A DNA stretch of 64,000 bases from a virus (Duplodnaviria > Caudoviricetes). Positions 8,296 to 17,358 of the stretch are shown here, one piece after another. Both the position numbers and the translations under genes were made by a program. The notes under the pieces were generated by a model. That model was not told the DNA's origin. It made no database searches and saw only the letters and a list, made by a program, of their open reading frames with translations. Numbering within the stretch: position 1 is the first letter of the stretch; every line of letters begins with the position of its first letter. The stretch lies in IMG/VR virus record IMGVR_UViG_3300025915_000014, positions 1 through 64,000 of that record, one strand, 5' to 3'.

Positions 8296-9734
8296 GTCTC
8301 CTCCTTCTCGGCGGCCTTGCGCCGCCGGGCGCTGGGTCGCTTGGCGTCCTCGTGCTCACGGCGCGCGGTCGCGACCTGATCCCAGATCGGGCTGTCCTCG
8401 GCGGGCAGCAACGCGAGCACGGTGGTCTGCCGCGCCTCCTCACCCTCGGCGCGCATCTCCCGCAGCCGCAGCACCGCGCCGACGAGTTGCTCGTCGGTGA
8501 ACCCGCTCAGCGAGCCCGGCACGGGTGTAACACCCGCCAACGCCGCCGCGACAACCAGACACGCCTCATCGCCACCGGTGCCGCACTGGTGCATGACGGC
8601 CATGAACTCGCGGATGACCGCCTGACGCTGCGGCGCGGCTGCGGAAGCTGGGGGGTCCTCCGCAGCCGCGCTTGGGGCCGGACCCTCCTCGTCCGGGGCT
8701 GCGCCCTCCGCCGCCGGGGTCGAATCCGCCCGCTCGTCCTCCGGCGGTGCGGCCTTCGTGACGTTGATCGTCTCCCGCTCGGCGTCCTCGGCGACCGCGG
8801 ACTCGTCGACCACCGCGTCGCTGTCCCACACCGTGACCTCGTCCGGGCGGTCCCCGACGATGGCGTCCCGGTTCCTCGGGTTCAGATCCATCCGCACCGT
8901 CGAGTCCCCGGCCACCGCCAGCTCAAGATCCGCGGACATCGGCACATACTTGGCGCAGGCCAGCCACTCGGTCTTGTGCGCCATGGGCTCGAAGAAGTCC
9001 CGCCACGGGCCGACGATGATCGGCCGCCCGGCCATCGGATGATCGTCCGGGTAGCGCTTGACCGGGCCGCGCTTGCCTTTGATCCACTCATACTCGCGGG
9101 CCATCGCGTAGGAGTCGCGGTGGTCCTCCATCTCCTCATGGGTGCGGAAGTGGAACACCTGCCCGCCGCGGACCATGTTGACCACGCAGTAGTAGCCGAC
9201 CGGCCGCCCGCGCCCACCAAGCTCCGGGTTGTACTGCGGGCGGTGCACGATCTCCTCGCGGGTGCCGTACTCCACGCTCCACTCGTCGGCCATGCAGATC
9301 GTGCGGGCCCGCACGTCGCGCAGCGCCCCGGCGTTGTAGGCGAGCTTCGTGTAGCCCTTGTAGCCGATCACCGTGGTGGCCTCCATCCGCCGGTTGCGGG
9401 TGGACCACATCGGTATCAGCCAGCCGTGCCCGAGCGGGGTGGCGACCCGCAGGCCAAGCTGCGCGAAGTTCATCAACCCGCCCAGCACGGTGGCCTGCGC
9501 GCACTCGGCCAGCTTCGGGGTGCGCCGGATCAGCGTGGTCGCATCGCGGACGAGCTGGTCGGCGGTGGCGCCGCGGATGTTGCCGATCGCGATGGCGTAC
9601 TGCGGCTCCATCTCGCGCACGGCCGCGAGCAGCGCCTTGGTGGGGCCCTCTACCGCCACGGTGCCGTTGCCACCTCCCCCCGTCTGGTTGCCTTGCCTGC
9701 CTTCGCGGACACGCCTGCGCAGTTCCTCAGCCAT
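8292..9734 (-). CDS. recT: RecT-family single-strand annealing protein
   Basis: LGGLMNFAQLGL...LGHGWLIP...IGYKGYTKLA; M.HKT motif; acidic C-terminal tail. Confidence 0.9.
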   Translation of the reverse strand: MAEELRRRVREGRQGNQTGGGGNGTVAVEGPTKALLAAVREMEPQYAIAIGNIRGATADQLVRDATTLIRRTPKLAECAQATVLGGLMNFAQLGLRVATPLGHGWLIPMWSTRNRRMEATTVIGYKGYTKLAYNAGALRDVRARTICMADEWSVEYGTREEIVHRPQYNPELGGRGRPVGYYCVVNMVRGGQVFHFRTHEEMEDHRDSYAMAREYEWIKGKRGPVKRYPDDHPMAGRPIIVGPWRDFFEPMAHKTEWLACAKYVPMSADLELAVAGDSTVRMDLNPRNRDAIVGDRPDEVTVWDSDAVVDESAVAEDAERETINVTKAAPPEDERADSTPAAEGAAPDEEGPAPSAAAEDPPASAAAPQRQAVIREFMAVMHQCGTGGDEACLVVAAALAGVTPVPGSLSGFTDEQLVGAVLRLREMRAEGEEARQTTVLALLPAEDSPIWDQVATARREHEDAKRPSARRRKAAEKEET

Positions 9735-10911
9735 CGGCCCGGTCCCTTCCTGTGGTGGTGGTCTTGAAGTTCTTGATCAGGAGTACGCGGGTGCGGTACT
9801 CGGTGAACAGCTCCGGGAAGGCCTCGGCGAAGGCATCCTCGTCGAACACCTCCTCCTTGCGCAGGTACGGCACGGTCTCGTCCGGGTGATCCGCGCGCAG
9901 GGCGGACAGCCGCAGCTTGCCGGTGTGCCGCCAGGTGGCGACCGGATCCCCGTCCGCGTCGCGCAGCTCCTCGCGGTCGGCGATCAGCGACCGGGCCAGG
10001 TTCTTGCCCTCGGATCCGGCCTTCACGTAGGTCTGTGCGGCGGCCTCCTGCCGCTTGGCGGCCCGGATGAACTCCGCGGCGTCGTCGCCCGCCGTCGCGT
10101 GCGTGCCCGCGTGCGCGTACGGGTAGCGGCGCACCAGGTAGGCCTCACACGCCGCGCCGCCGTCGGGCGGCGGCCGGTCCGCGGTGAGCACGTAGTCGCG
10201 CCAGAACTCCTCGGTGACCTCGACAATGTCCTTGATCAGTTCGTCGTCGCGGGCGACGTAGCGCAGCGCGAGCCGCTGCCCCCCGATCAGGCAGGCCACG
10301 TGCATCCCGTCGAAGCCGAGCACGGCCATCGTGGTCTGGCATTGCAGCTCCGCGTGGTCGGGCATCTGGCCGTCGGACCACTCGCTGCCCAGCCACTCGT
10401 TGCACGTCTTGCCCTCGTAGCCCTCGGGCAGTCCGTACCCGTCTGCCGCAGGCCACGTCACCCGTCCGGCCGCGTCCATTGTGTGCACGATGCCGTCCGG
10501 GTTGACCACCAGCCACGGCCAGCGGACCGAGCGGAAGGTGCCCGGCTTGATGATGCGCAGCCCCAGGCGGCGGGCGGCGACGCGGCGCACGGTCGGTTCG
10601 TGCTCGGTTCCCCAGAACGCGGCCTCGGCGTTGGGCATGGCGTCGTCGAAGAAGTCGACCACCGGGATGAGGCCGAGCTTCTCCTCCCACACCTCCATGC
10701 GCGCCTTGCGGCCGAGCCCGAGCAGCGCCGAGACGTCGCTCGCGCCGATCCCGGTGACCCGTGTCGCCCGCCACCTCGCGGGGTCGGTTTGGTCGCAGCC
10801 GGGGGGCAGGATCTCCAGCGCGTCCTTGTCCCACACCCCCGGGTGGGAGCGCGGGAAGCCGTCGGGCCAGGGCCAGCCGGTGGGTGCCGCCCAGTAGTCG
10901 TGATCGCCCAT
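9727..10911 (-). CDS. YqaJ-like (RecE/lambda-exo family) exonuclease
   Basis: WRATRVTGIGASDV, WG.EHEP, NPDG, EGKT, QCQ motifs; adjacent to recT. Confidence 0.9.
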   Translation of the reverse strand: MGDHDYWAAPTGWPWPDGFPRSHPGVWDKDALEILPPGCDQTDPARWRATRVTGIGASDVSALLGLGRKARMEVWEEKLGLIPVVDFFDDAMPNAEAAFWGTEHEPTVRRVAARRLGLRIIKPGTFRSVRWPWLVVNPDGIVHTMDAAGRVTWPAADGYGLPEGYEGKTCNEWLGSEWSDGQMPDHAELQCQTTMAVLGFDGMHVACLIGGQRLALRYVARDDELIKDIVEVTEEFWRDYVLTADRPPPDGGAACEAYLVRRYPYAHAGTHATAGDDAAEFIRAAKRQEAAAQTYVKAGSEGKNLARSLIADREELRDADGDPVATWRHTGKLRLSALRADHPDETVPYLRKEEVFDEDAFAEAFPELFTEYRTRVLLIKNFKTTTTGRDRADG

Positions 10912-10913
10912 AT

Positions 10914-11099
10914 CTACGCCGCCATCCGTCCGGTGCCACGACGCGAGCCGTGATGTGCTGGACGGGCCGGGCGTCCCCGCGCCGCGCGGGCGTTGGCGCG
11001 GGGAGTCCGGTCCAGTCCGCCGTCACTATCGCGCCGAGCACCGACAGTTGTGGCCGCGACCAGCGGTGTGACCAGCGGATCCGTGCGGTATCGTGGCAT
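10914..11099 (-). CDS. hypothetical protein
   Basis: Short ORF filling the gap between HTH gene and exonuclease. Confidence 0.4.
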   Translation of the reverse strand: MPRYRTDPLVTPLVAATTVGARRDSDGGLDRTPRANARAARGRPARPAHHGSRRGTGRMAA

Positions 11100-11210
11100 C
11101 GCTCATCCCTGTCTGTGGTGGGTAGCGGTCCAGCTCCGTGGTGGGAGCGGTTACGCAAAGAGGGCGGGTCCGGGGGCGTCACGGCGTTCGGGCCCGTCCT
11201 TCTCCGATCT

Positions 11211-11582
11211 TCATGTCGGCGGGTTGTCCGACAGCTCCCAGCCCTCATCGACGAGCGCCGCGGTGAGCCCGACCGCGGCGGCCAGCTCCGTGTCCGGGGT
11301 GTCGGCGAGCACCACCAGCTCCGAGTAGGGGGCGAGCGGGAACAGCACGGCGAGCCCGTGCAGCATCCGCACCGAGGGCGCGGACGGGTTGTCCGGGCGC
11401 AGCGCGCGGGACAGCGAGCTCTTGTCGACGCCGATGCGGGCGGCGAGCTGCTCGGTGGTGAGGATGCTCGCGCCCCATTTGAGGGCGAGCACGAGCGCCC
11501 GGTTGAGCCGCACCGGGGGGTCGGGTTGCCGCGGGTTGCCGGTCACGGGGGCCGCCTCGGATTCGGTCGTGGTCATAGTCAC
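11211..11582 (-). CDS. XRE-family helix-turn-helix regulator
   Basis: TTEQLAARIGVDKSSLSRAL HTH; TAGCGT -10 seven nt before GTG 11582 (alternative ATG 11576). Confidence 0.8.
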   Translation of the reverse strand: MTMTTTESEAAPVTGNPRQPDPPVRLNRALVLALKWGASILTTEQLAARIGVDKSSLSRALRPDNPSAPSVRMLHGLAVLFPLAPYSELVVLADTPDTELAAAVGLTAALVDEGWELSDNPPT

Positions 11583-11615
11583 GCCGCGCACGCTACTACC
11601 GCCCGGGGGCGGGTA

Positions 11616-11631
11616 CGCAACGGCAGTTGCG
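11616..11631. promoter_or_regulatory. Inverted repeat CGCAAC-GGCA-GTTGCG between divergent genes
   Basis: Lies between divergent leaderless starts (11582 minus, 11650 plus; TAAGGT -10 at 11637-11642). Confidence 0.55.
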
Positions 11632-11649
11632 GTGGGTAAGGTGCCCCGC

Positions 11650-11970
11650 ATGCCGAAAACCGCCCACAAGCGGAGGCCGGGGCAGCCGCCACCGTCCCGG
11701 TTCCGCGCCTACACCCTGACCGCCCTCGGATACGCCGTCACCGACGACCCCCACCGTTGGAGGAAGCCCCGCAGGATGAGCGCCGTGACTGACTTCCAGA
11801 AAGAGTTCGCCCGCGTCAACCTGCTCCTGGAGGAAGCGCTTTTGACCCTGACCCGCGCTGGCTACAGCGTGAGCGAGGCCGCGCTGGAGGTGGCCGACCG
11901 GGTCGATGTGGTGACCGCCACCGTGCACGCCCGGCTCGCCGTCGAGCGCAAGGCGCGGGAGAGCCGATGA
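11650..11970 (+). CDS. hypothetical protein (first rightward gene of divergent switch)
   Basis: TAAGGT-7 nt-ATG; alternative start 11776. Confidence 0.6.
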   Translation: MPKTAHKRRPGQPPPSRFRAYTLTALGYAVTDDPHRWRKPRRMSAVTDFQKEFARVNLLLEEALLTLTRAGYSVSEAALEVADRVDVVTATVHARLAVERKARESR

Positions 11971-12131
11971 CCAGGCCGATGCGGGTCGAGATGACCCTTC
12001 AGTGCGGCGACCCCGACGACGAGGACGTGCGCAACACCACAGGGCTCACCGACGCCGCCTACAACCGGCTCTACGACGCCATCACCGACGCCGGGTTTGA
12101 GTGGGTCACCGGCCCGGACCGTGTCGAATGA
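11967..12131 (+). CDS. hypothetical protein (54 aa)
   Basis: MTRPMRVEMTLQCGDPDDED...; ATGA overlaps at both ends; not in supplied ORF track. Confidence 0.65.
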   Translation: MTRPMRVEMTLQCGDPDDEDVRNTTGLTDAAYNRLYDAITDAGFEWVTGPDRVE

Positions 12132-12385
12132 GCCACCCCTGCCCCGGCGGATGCGGCGAGACCGTGCCGGATGCCATGCTGTCGTGCCGCCCGGACTGGT
12201 ACTGGCTACCACCCGGGGTGCGCAGCGAGGTGTGGGCGACCAAGTCGATGCACATCACCCAGCCGCGGCGCATGGCGGCGCTGGCCGCCGCGGTGCAGTT
12301 CTACGTCGACAAGGGCCGCACCCCACCACCCGAGTGGATGGTCATCGTCGACGAGCTATCCCACCAGGAGAAAGAAGGAACATGA
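12128..12385 (+). CDS. Conserved Cys/His hypothetical protein
   Basis: HPCPGGCG..VP....C...W..LP pattern. Confidence 0.7.
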   Translation: MSHPCPGGCGETVPDAMLSCRPDWYWLPPGVRSEVWATKSMHITQPRRMAALAAAVQFYVDKGRTPPPEWMVIVDELSHQEKEGT

Positions 12386-12870
12386 TCCGACTCAACATCG
12401 CTGCGGTGCGCCGCTGCGTGGCCGACGCCCTCCCCGATGGCGCCCTCTACGACAGCGAGCGGGCGCCGGGCGTGGTGCGGCTGCGGCTGCACTCGAAGGC
12501 CGCCCGGGACGCCGTCGTGCTCGCAGTGGCCGCGGGTGGCTACTACGTGGCCGACGACCCGCGCGGGGAGCACCGGCTGCTGGTGGCGCTGGAGAATCGG
12601 CACGCCGAGCTGGCCGCGATGACCGTCCGCGAGACCCTGATGCCTGCGCCCGCGGCGCCCGAGCCCGCGCCAGAGCCCGCGCCGCAGCGGGAGCCGATCC
12701 GGGCGCGCGAGGTGCGCCCGCAGAACGTCATCCACTGGATGGGTGAGCCGGTCACGGTGCACTCCGTCGGCAGCCACGACGGGATGATCGTGCTCGGCGT
12801 GCCGGGGCGGACACTGCGCACGGCCCCGTCAACGCCGATGTGGCGGGAGCTGGTCGTCGCCGGGGGCTGA
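12382..12870 (+). CDS. hypothetical protein
   Basis: SD AAGAAGG, ATGA overlap. Confidence 0.65.
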   Translation: MIRLNIAAVRRCVADALPDGALYDSERAPGVVRLRLHSKAARDAVVLAVAAGGYYVADDPRGEHRLLVALENRHAELAAMTVRETLMPAPAAPEPAPEPAPQREPIRAREVRPQNVIHWMGEPVTVHSVGSHDGMIVLGVPGRTLRTAPSTPMWRELVVAGG

Positions 12871-12887
12871 GCCCGGGGACGACGAAC

Positions 12888-12923
12888 GCGGGGCGGCTCC
12901 GAGGGCACTCGGGGCCGCCCCGC
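12888..12923. terminator. Bidirectional hairpin terminator
   Basis: 16-bp stem with one G-U, 4-nt loop, between convergent genes. Confidence 0.7.
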
Positions 12924-12948
12924 CTATCGTGGGCGTGCCTAGCGGGGG

Positions 12949-13143
12949 CTAGAGCGCGCCCAGGTCGTCGAACTCGCCCGCCTTGGCTCCGGTCAGGAAG
13001 GCGGCGATTTCGGCCCGGGTGAAGACGACGATGGGGCCGTCGGGCTGGCGGGAGTTGCGCACCCCGACGTGCCCGTCGCCCATCGCGGCCATCTCGACAC
13101 AGCTGCCGGATGGGTTGCTTGCGGTGGCCTTGCGCCAGATCAT
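12949..13143 (-). CDS. DUF397 domain protein
   Basis: WRKATASNPSGSCVEMA..GVRNSRQPDGP.VVFT.AE.AAFL.GAKAGEFD; SD GAGGAG. Confidence 0.9.
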   Translation of the reverse strand: MIWRKATASNPSGSCVEMAAMGDGHVGVRNSRQPDGPIVVFTRAEIAAFLTGAKAGEFDDLGAL

Positions 13144-13182
13144 GCGGTCTCCTCGTCTCCGTGGCGGGACCTTGGACGGTAC

Positions 13183-13197
13183 GCGCGCCGGGCGCGC
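13183..13197. promoter_or_regulatory. Palindromic operator between divergent genes
   Basis: Perfect GCGCGCCGGGCGCGC; TACGCT -10 at 13216-13221, ATG 13228. Confidence 0.7.
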
Positions 13198-13227
13198 GGC
13201 GCCACTGGGAAGGGCTACGCTGGGCCT

Positions 13228-13581
13228 ATGCGCGCCAACCGCCCGGACGCCGCGGACGCCGCCCCCTGCCGCTGCGGCTGCATCGCCGAGCTGCACGACC
13301 ACTACCGGCCCGGCACCGACTGCGGCCGCTGCGGGAACGCCGTCTGTGAGGTGTACCGGCCGGTGGATGCGCCCGCCTGGCGCGAGCCACCGATGAGCCC
13401 CGCCGAGCAGGTCTTCCAGGAGGTGGGGGCCCGCCCCGAGGGCATGCCGGATCCGCGGGAGGTGGTGGCGGAGAACGTCGCGCGGGCCCGCGATGAACAG
13501 GCCCGCACGCACCGGGCGGCCCAGGCCGTGATCAAGCAGCGGGAGGAAGCGGCGGCGGCGAGCCCCGCCGAGACCGTGTGA
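13228..13581 (+). CDS. hypothetical protein with N-terminal Cys/His cluster
   Basis: CRCG...H.H....CGRCG..C..Y; leaderless start. Confidence 0.7.
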   Translation: MRANRPDAADAAPCRCGCIAELHDHYRPGTDCGRCGNAVCEVYRPVDAPAWREPPMSPAEQVFQEVGARPEGMPDPREVVAENVARARDEQARTHRAAQAVIKQREEAAAASPAETV

Positions 13582-13769
13582 CAAGATCCGACCCGACGCG
13601 CCGCCACCCGGGGAGGTCGTTGGGTGTCCTATCGGCGTCGTCGGGTCGGGCGGGGGAGGGGCGCCGCGCCGTGTGGGGGGAAGACTCGACGTCGGCTCCC
13701 CGGGAGCCCCCGGCGCGCACGGTACCCCTACGCCCGTTCTGCCCGGATGAGGTTCGCCCCCGACACGGC

Positions 13770-13798
13770 TTGCCCTTTGCGCGCCCGGCGCGCAAGCT
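13770..13798 (+). promoter_or_regulatory. Promoter with palindromic operator in spacer
   Basis: TTGCCC(13770-75)-17 bp-CAAGCT(13793-98); 19-bp palindrome TTGCGCGCCCGGCGCGCAA 13777-13795. Confidence 0.75.
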
Positions 13799-13835
13799 GG
13801 GAGCCGTATAGCCCGCCCACCACAGGAGAAACCCC

Positions 13836-14189
13836 ATGACCACCGCCACCCGGGCACCAGCCCCGACCGACGACCATCAGAACTGGCCCGTACCCGCGCC
13901 CAGGTGGAGCCCCGACGAGAAGACCACCATCGCGCTGCGGATCACCGAGGACGAGGCCATCCGTCGATGGGCCGAGCTGCTGCGCGATTACATCGTGCAG
14001 AGCATTGTCGGTCCCCTCCGGTTCCTACCTCTCGACGAGGTCCGCCGCGACGTGTTCAAAAACGCGCGGCCCCTCCCCTGCCCCACCGCTCTGCGTGACC
14101 GAGCCCAGCTCTACTGCGCGCTGCACTTCCGCGATGAGGTGCTCTGCGACGGGGTCAACTGGTATCGGCTCACGGTGCAAGTGAGCTGA
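13836..14189 (+). CDS. hypothetical protein
   Basis: SD AGGAG; ORF track. Confidence 0.7.
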   Translation: MTTATRAPAPTDDHQNWPVPAPRWSPDEKTTIALRITEDEAIRRWAELLRDYIVQSIVGPLRFLPLDEVRRDVFKNARPLPCPTALRDRAQLYCALHFRDEVLCDGVNWYRLTVQVS

Positions 14190-14191
14190 TC

Positions 14192-14419
14192 ATGGCCGCG
14201 GAGAAGCGGGAGCCGCCCACGACGATGCTCACTGCGACCGAGGCGCTCGCCTGGATAGCGACCCACGGCCACGACGACCGCATCAACGCGGGCCTCGAAT
14301 ACATGATCGGCGCGGGCTGGATGGATACCGGCCTCGACGAGGACGGCGAGCTGGTGTTCCGGCTCACCCCCTACGGCGAGCAGGAGCGCGCCAAGCTACT
14401 CGCCCGACACGACAACTAG
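14192..14419 (+). CDS. hypothetical protein
   Basis: Follows previous gene by 2 nt; ends at terminator. Confidence 0.7.
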   Translation: MAAEKREPPTTMLTATEALAWIATHGHDDRINAGLEYMIGAGWMDTGLDEDGELVFRLTPYGEQERAKLLARHDN

Positions 14420-14460
14420 GGGCGCGCCGCCGGGTCCCCGATGACCCCGGCGGCGCGCCC
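14420..14460. terminator. Bidirectional hairpin terminator
   Basis: 15-bp perfect stem GGGCGCGCCGCCGGG/CCCGGCGGCGCGCCC between convergent operons. Confidence 0.75.
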
Positions 14461-14495
14461 GGCGGCGGTGGGTCCGCTCCCCAGCGACCCTCCCG

Positions 14496-15386
14496 CTAGC
14501 TCCTGCGCGGATTGCACACCCGGCAGCCCCGCAGCCCGGCCGCCACCGCATCCGCATACGTCGCGTACCCGACATCGCGCGCCTTACCCTTGTGCGTGTC
14601 GTGGAACACGCGACTGCCGTGCTCGGCGAAGTAGCGGGCGGACTCGGGCTCGACGATCGGGGGCGCGTCGAAGTGGTCCCGCATCACCACCGACTCGCCG
14701 CTACGCGCCAGTAGCTTAGCCAGCGTCGCGTCCTGCACGAACGCGCACCCGGTGCCCAGGCCGAGCTGCGGCACCCCCACCCCCCAGCGGCCCCAGGACT
14801 GCACCATCCAGCAGCCCGGCCCCCACGTGTGGTGGTTCTTGACCCGCGCCGCGAGCACCCAGAAGTGGCCGCCCGCGGTCGCCCCCGTCGCGGTCAGCAG
14901 CCCATCGTTGTCCGGGCGGAACATGCCCTCCAACCAGTCCGTGCCCAGGCAGATCGGGCCGACGTTGACCAGCGACGCGATGGTGTCGTCCAGGCCGATG
15001 TTCCACACATAGCCGGTGATCAGCTTGTCGACCTTCGCCGCGCGCATCGTCGCCGCCACCGTCGCGCCGCCGTCGAAGTGGTGCCCCGCCGCCACATCGG
15101 TCTGCACGTTGCGCAGATACCGCTGGTGCGCGAACGCCGCGTTCATCCCCGGCACCTGCACCGGGCCGAGCGCGTACTCATGGGCGGAGCCGAACCCCGT
15201 GCACTCCGGGCTGTTGCCCTGATCGAGCGGGAACTGCCCGGATGTGGGCATCGGCCAGTACCGGTCCTGATCCTGGAGCGGTCGGGTGTTGAGCAGGGCC
15301 CGCGCCCGGTACTCGAGATTTTGCGGGTCGTGCTCGGTGAAGCGGCGGCCCAGCCGCGGATCCATGGGTGCTGTCGGCGTGCTCAT
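14496..15386 (-). CDS. Papain-like (C1) cysteine peptidase with C-terminal Ada-type Zn-binding-like module
   Basis: DQG..PECTGF (Q,C), GGHFW (H), QSWG; C-terminal SRVFH...A.AAGLRGCRVCNP; ATGA overlap with holin. Confidence 0.75.
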   Translation of the reverse strand: MSTPTAPMDPRLGRRFTEHDPQNLEYRARALLNTRPLQDQDRYWPMPTSGQFPLDQGNSPECTGFGSAHEYALGPVQVPGMNAAFAHQRYLRNVQTDVAAGHHFDGGATVAATMRAAKVDKLITGYVWNIGLDDTIASLVNVGPICLGTDWLEGMFRPDNDGLLTATGATAGGHFWVLAARVKNHHTWGPGCWMVQSWGRWGVGVPQLGLGTGCAFVQDATLAKLLARSGESVVMRDHFDAPPIVEPESARYFAEHGSRVFHDTHKGKARDVGYATYADAVAAGLRGCRVCNPRRS

Positions 15387-15997
15387 CCGCGCATCCCCGT
15401 CCCTTCCTCGGTCGGCGGGGGGCCCGCCGGTTCCACGTACCACATCGGGTTGGCGGGCCGCTGCGGCGTCGGCGGCGGGGGCGGCTGGCGCGGCGGGGGG
15501 GCGGCGCCGGGCGGCGGGATGCGCTGGAAGGGCCGCGTCAGTGGTTCGGCGGGCGGCGGGCCGGTGGCCGGGTATGACCCGCTGGGGTTGGCGGCGACCA
15601 GCTCGGCGACGGTGCGTTTGGGTTCCTTCGGTGGTGGCAGCGCGTCGGACCGGTTGCCGTCCTCGTCGACCGACGCGGTGATCTGGGTGCGCAGGAACGC
15701 GGCCACCAGCAGCGACAGGGTCGAGGAGACGGCGGTCTCGGCGGCGGCGGACAGGTGCCAGCCGTAGAAGGTCGCCAGCGCGATGACCGCCGAGCCCAGG
15801 CCGAGGATGGCGGGGGCGAGGCGTTCCTTCGCGGCCAGCGCGGCGAGCACCACCCCGGCGACGGCGACGGTGACCGCGTTCCACACCGCCTGCTGCTCGT
15901 CGGAGAGCCTGCCCCACACCAGCAGCAGCGTTTGCACCGTGGGCGCCAGCACGCCCGAGACGATGAGCGCGGGCTCGCGTAGGGCGTTCCAGGTCAC
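15383..15997 (-). CDS. Holin
   Basis: Several TM helices, S.EQQA.WNA motif, Pro-rich tail; directly after endolysin. Confidence 0.8.
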   Translation of the reverse strand: MTWNALREPALIVSGVLAPTVQTLLLVWGRLSDEQQAVWNAVTVAVAGVVLAALAAKERLAPAILGLGSAVIALATFYGWHLSAAAETAVSSTLSLLVAAFLRTQITASVDEDGNRSDALPPPKEPKRTVAELVAANPSGSYPATGPPPAEPLTRPFQRIPPPGAAPPPRQPPPPPTPQRPANPMWYVEPAGPPPTEEGTGMRG

Positions 15998-16003
15998 GGG
16001 CCG

Positions 16004-17005
16004 CTATGCCCCGTGGGCGCCGCGGGTGTCCGCGCCGGGAACGATCGTGCCGTGCAGCTCGAACCCGGCGGCGGCGACGGCCTCGCGCAGCACCTGCTCG
16101 ACCAGCGCGGGGTCCACCCCGCCAGCCCCGCCCGCGTGCTGCGCGGCGGTGAGCACCCCGGCGAGCGCCTTGAGGATGTCCTCATGCTTCTGGTTGGCCC
16201 GCCGCAGGTAGTCGACGATCGTCAGCCGCTCGTTGGAGCCGCCCGCGAACGTCTGCCAACCCTGGTGGTCCTTCGGGCCGTCGCCGGTGACGAGCTGGAA
16301 GTTCAGGGTGCGCAGCAGGCCCAGCACTTCGGCCTGCTCGCCATCGGTCAGTGCCATGAGGAACCCCCCCGGTGTTGGTGTGGTGCCGCCGTCGGTCGAT
16401 CCGAACAGGGCGGCGAGTTCGGCGCGGCTGCCGCGGAACGCGTTGGCATCCACCCGCATCCCTGCCACGGTGGCGCCGTCGGTGAACTGCAACATGACCG
16501 GCGTCATCCCGCCGTAGGCGTCCCAGAACGCGGCCGGTGTCTTCGCGTAGAGCTGCTGCGGGGTGCCGCCGGTGGTGTAGTAGCGGGCCTTCCACAGCGG
16601 CGGCAGCCCGGTCAGGGCCGGGCGCCCGATCTCGGTCCAGTAGAACGGCGGGCAGTAGGTGAGCACGACCCGCATTCCGGCGGCCCGGAACGCGGCGAGG
16701 GTGGCGCGGAGCTGGTTGATGTTCCCGCCGCCGCGTTCGTGATCCAACGCGACCGGCACGTTCTTGTCCCCGAGCCAGCCCGCGCAGTTGCGCGCCTGCG
16801 CCCCCGGATCCTCGGTCGTGACGTAGTGGTATCCGGCGACGAGCAGGCCCGCGGCCCGGCCCTCGTCCCGGTTCCGCGGCCACCGCGAGTCCCGCATCCC
16901 CGCACCCTGGCTGATCTTCGCGATGAGGAAGTCCATGCCCTCGGCGCGCGCCCGCCGCAGGTCGATCGCGCCCTGGTAGTGCGACACGTCAGGCCCGTAG
17001 ATCAC
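16004..17005 (-). CDS. Endolysin, GH25 muramidase
   Basis: GPDVSHYQG, K.SQG, GYHY, ALDHE, LW.ARY, QFT, VD.N motifs. Confidence 0.92.
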   Translation of the reverse strand: MIYGPDVSHYQGAIDLRRARAEGMDFLIAKISQGAGMRDSRWPRNRDEGRAAGLLVAGYHYVTTEDPGAQARNCAGWLGDKNVPVALDHERGGGNINQLRATLAAFRAAGMRVVLTYCPPFYWTEIGRPALTGLPPLWKARYYTTGGTPQQLYAKTPAAFWDAYGGMTPVMLQFTDGATVAGMRVDANAFRGSRAELAALFGSTDGGTTPTPGGFLMALTDGEQAEVLGLLRTLNFQLVTGDGPKDHQGWQTFAGGSNERLTIVDYLRRANQKHEDILKALAGVLTAAQHAGGAGGVDPALVEQVLREAVAAAGFELHGTIVPGADTRGAHGA

Positions 17006-17358
17006 GCCGTTCCCCCTCCGTCGACGTCCGGGTCAGTGTCCCCAGGCGGATCGGCCGCCTGCTGTAGGCGACCCCGGCGCGCCGCATCGGACAGGAACTC
17101 GATCTGCCTCCGTAGCTCGGCGATCTGTGACCGGCAGCGTTCCTCGTCCTCGGTGCGGGCCGTGCGCAGCGCCGCGACGTCGGCCCGCCACGACTCCACC
17201 TGCTGGTCGCGGGCGGCGATTTGGACCTTGATGTCCTCCACCTCGGCGGCCCGGTCCGCGGCCCGCCGGTGCGCCGCCGCCGATGTCCACGCCCCGATGA
17301 GCCCGAGCACCCCGGTGAGCACCACACCCAGGAAGGTGATCCACCCGGCCGGGGTCAC
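17002..17358 (-). CDS. Lysis-region membrane protein (TM + coiled coil)
   Basis: N-terminal TM then heptad-rich helix; GTGA overlaps. Confidence 0.75.
   Translation of the reverse strand: MTPAGWITFLGVVLTGVLGLIGAWTSAAAHRRAADRAAEVEDIKVQIAARDQQVESWRADVAALRTARTEDEERCRSQIAELRRQIEFLSDAARRGRLQQAADPPGDTDPDVDGGGTA

Noticed and set aside
14420-14460. GGCGCGCC-containing hairpin as another operator copy
   Set aside because: Longer stem with different centre, between convergent stops and not near a -10; better explained as a terminator
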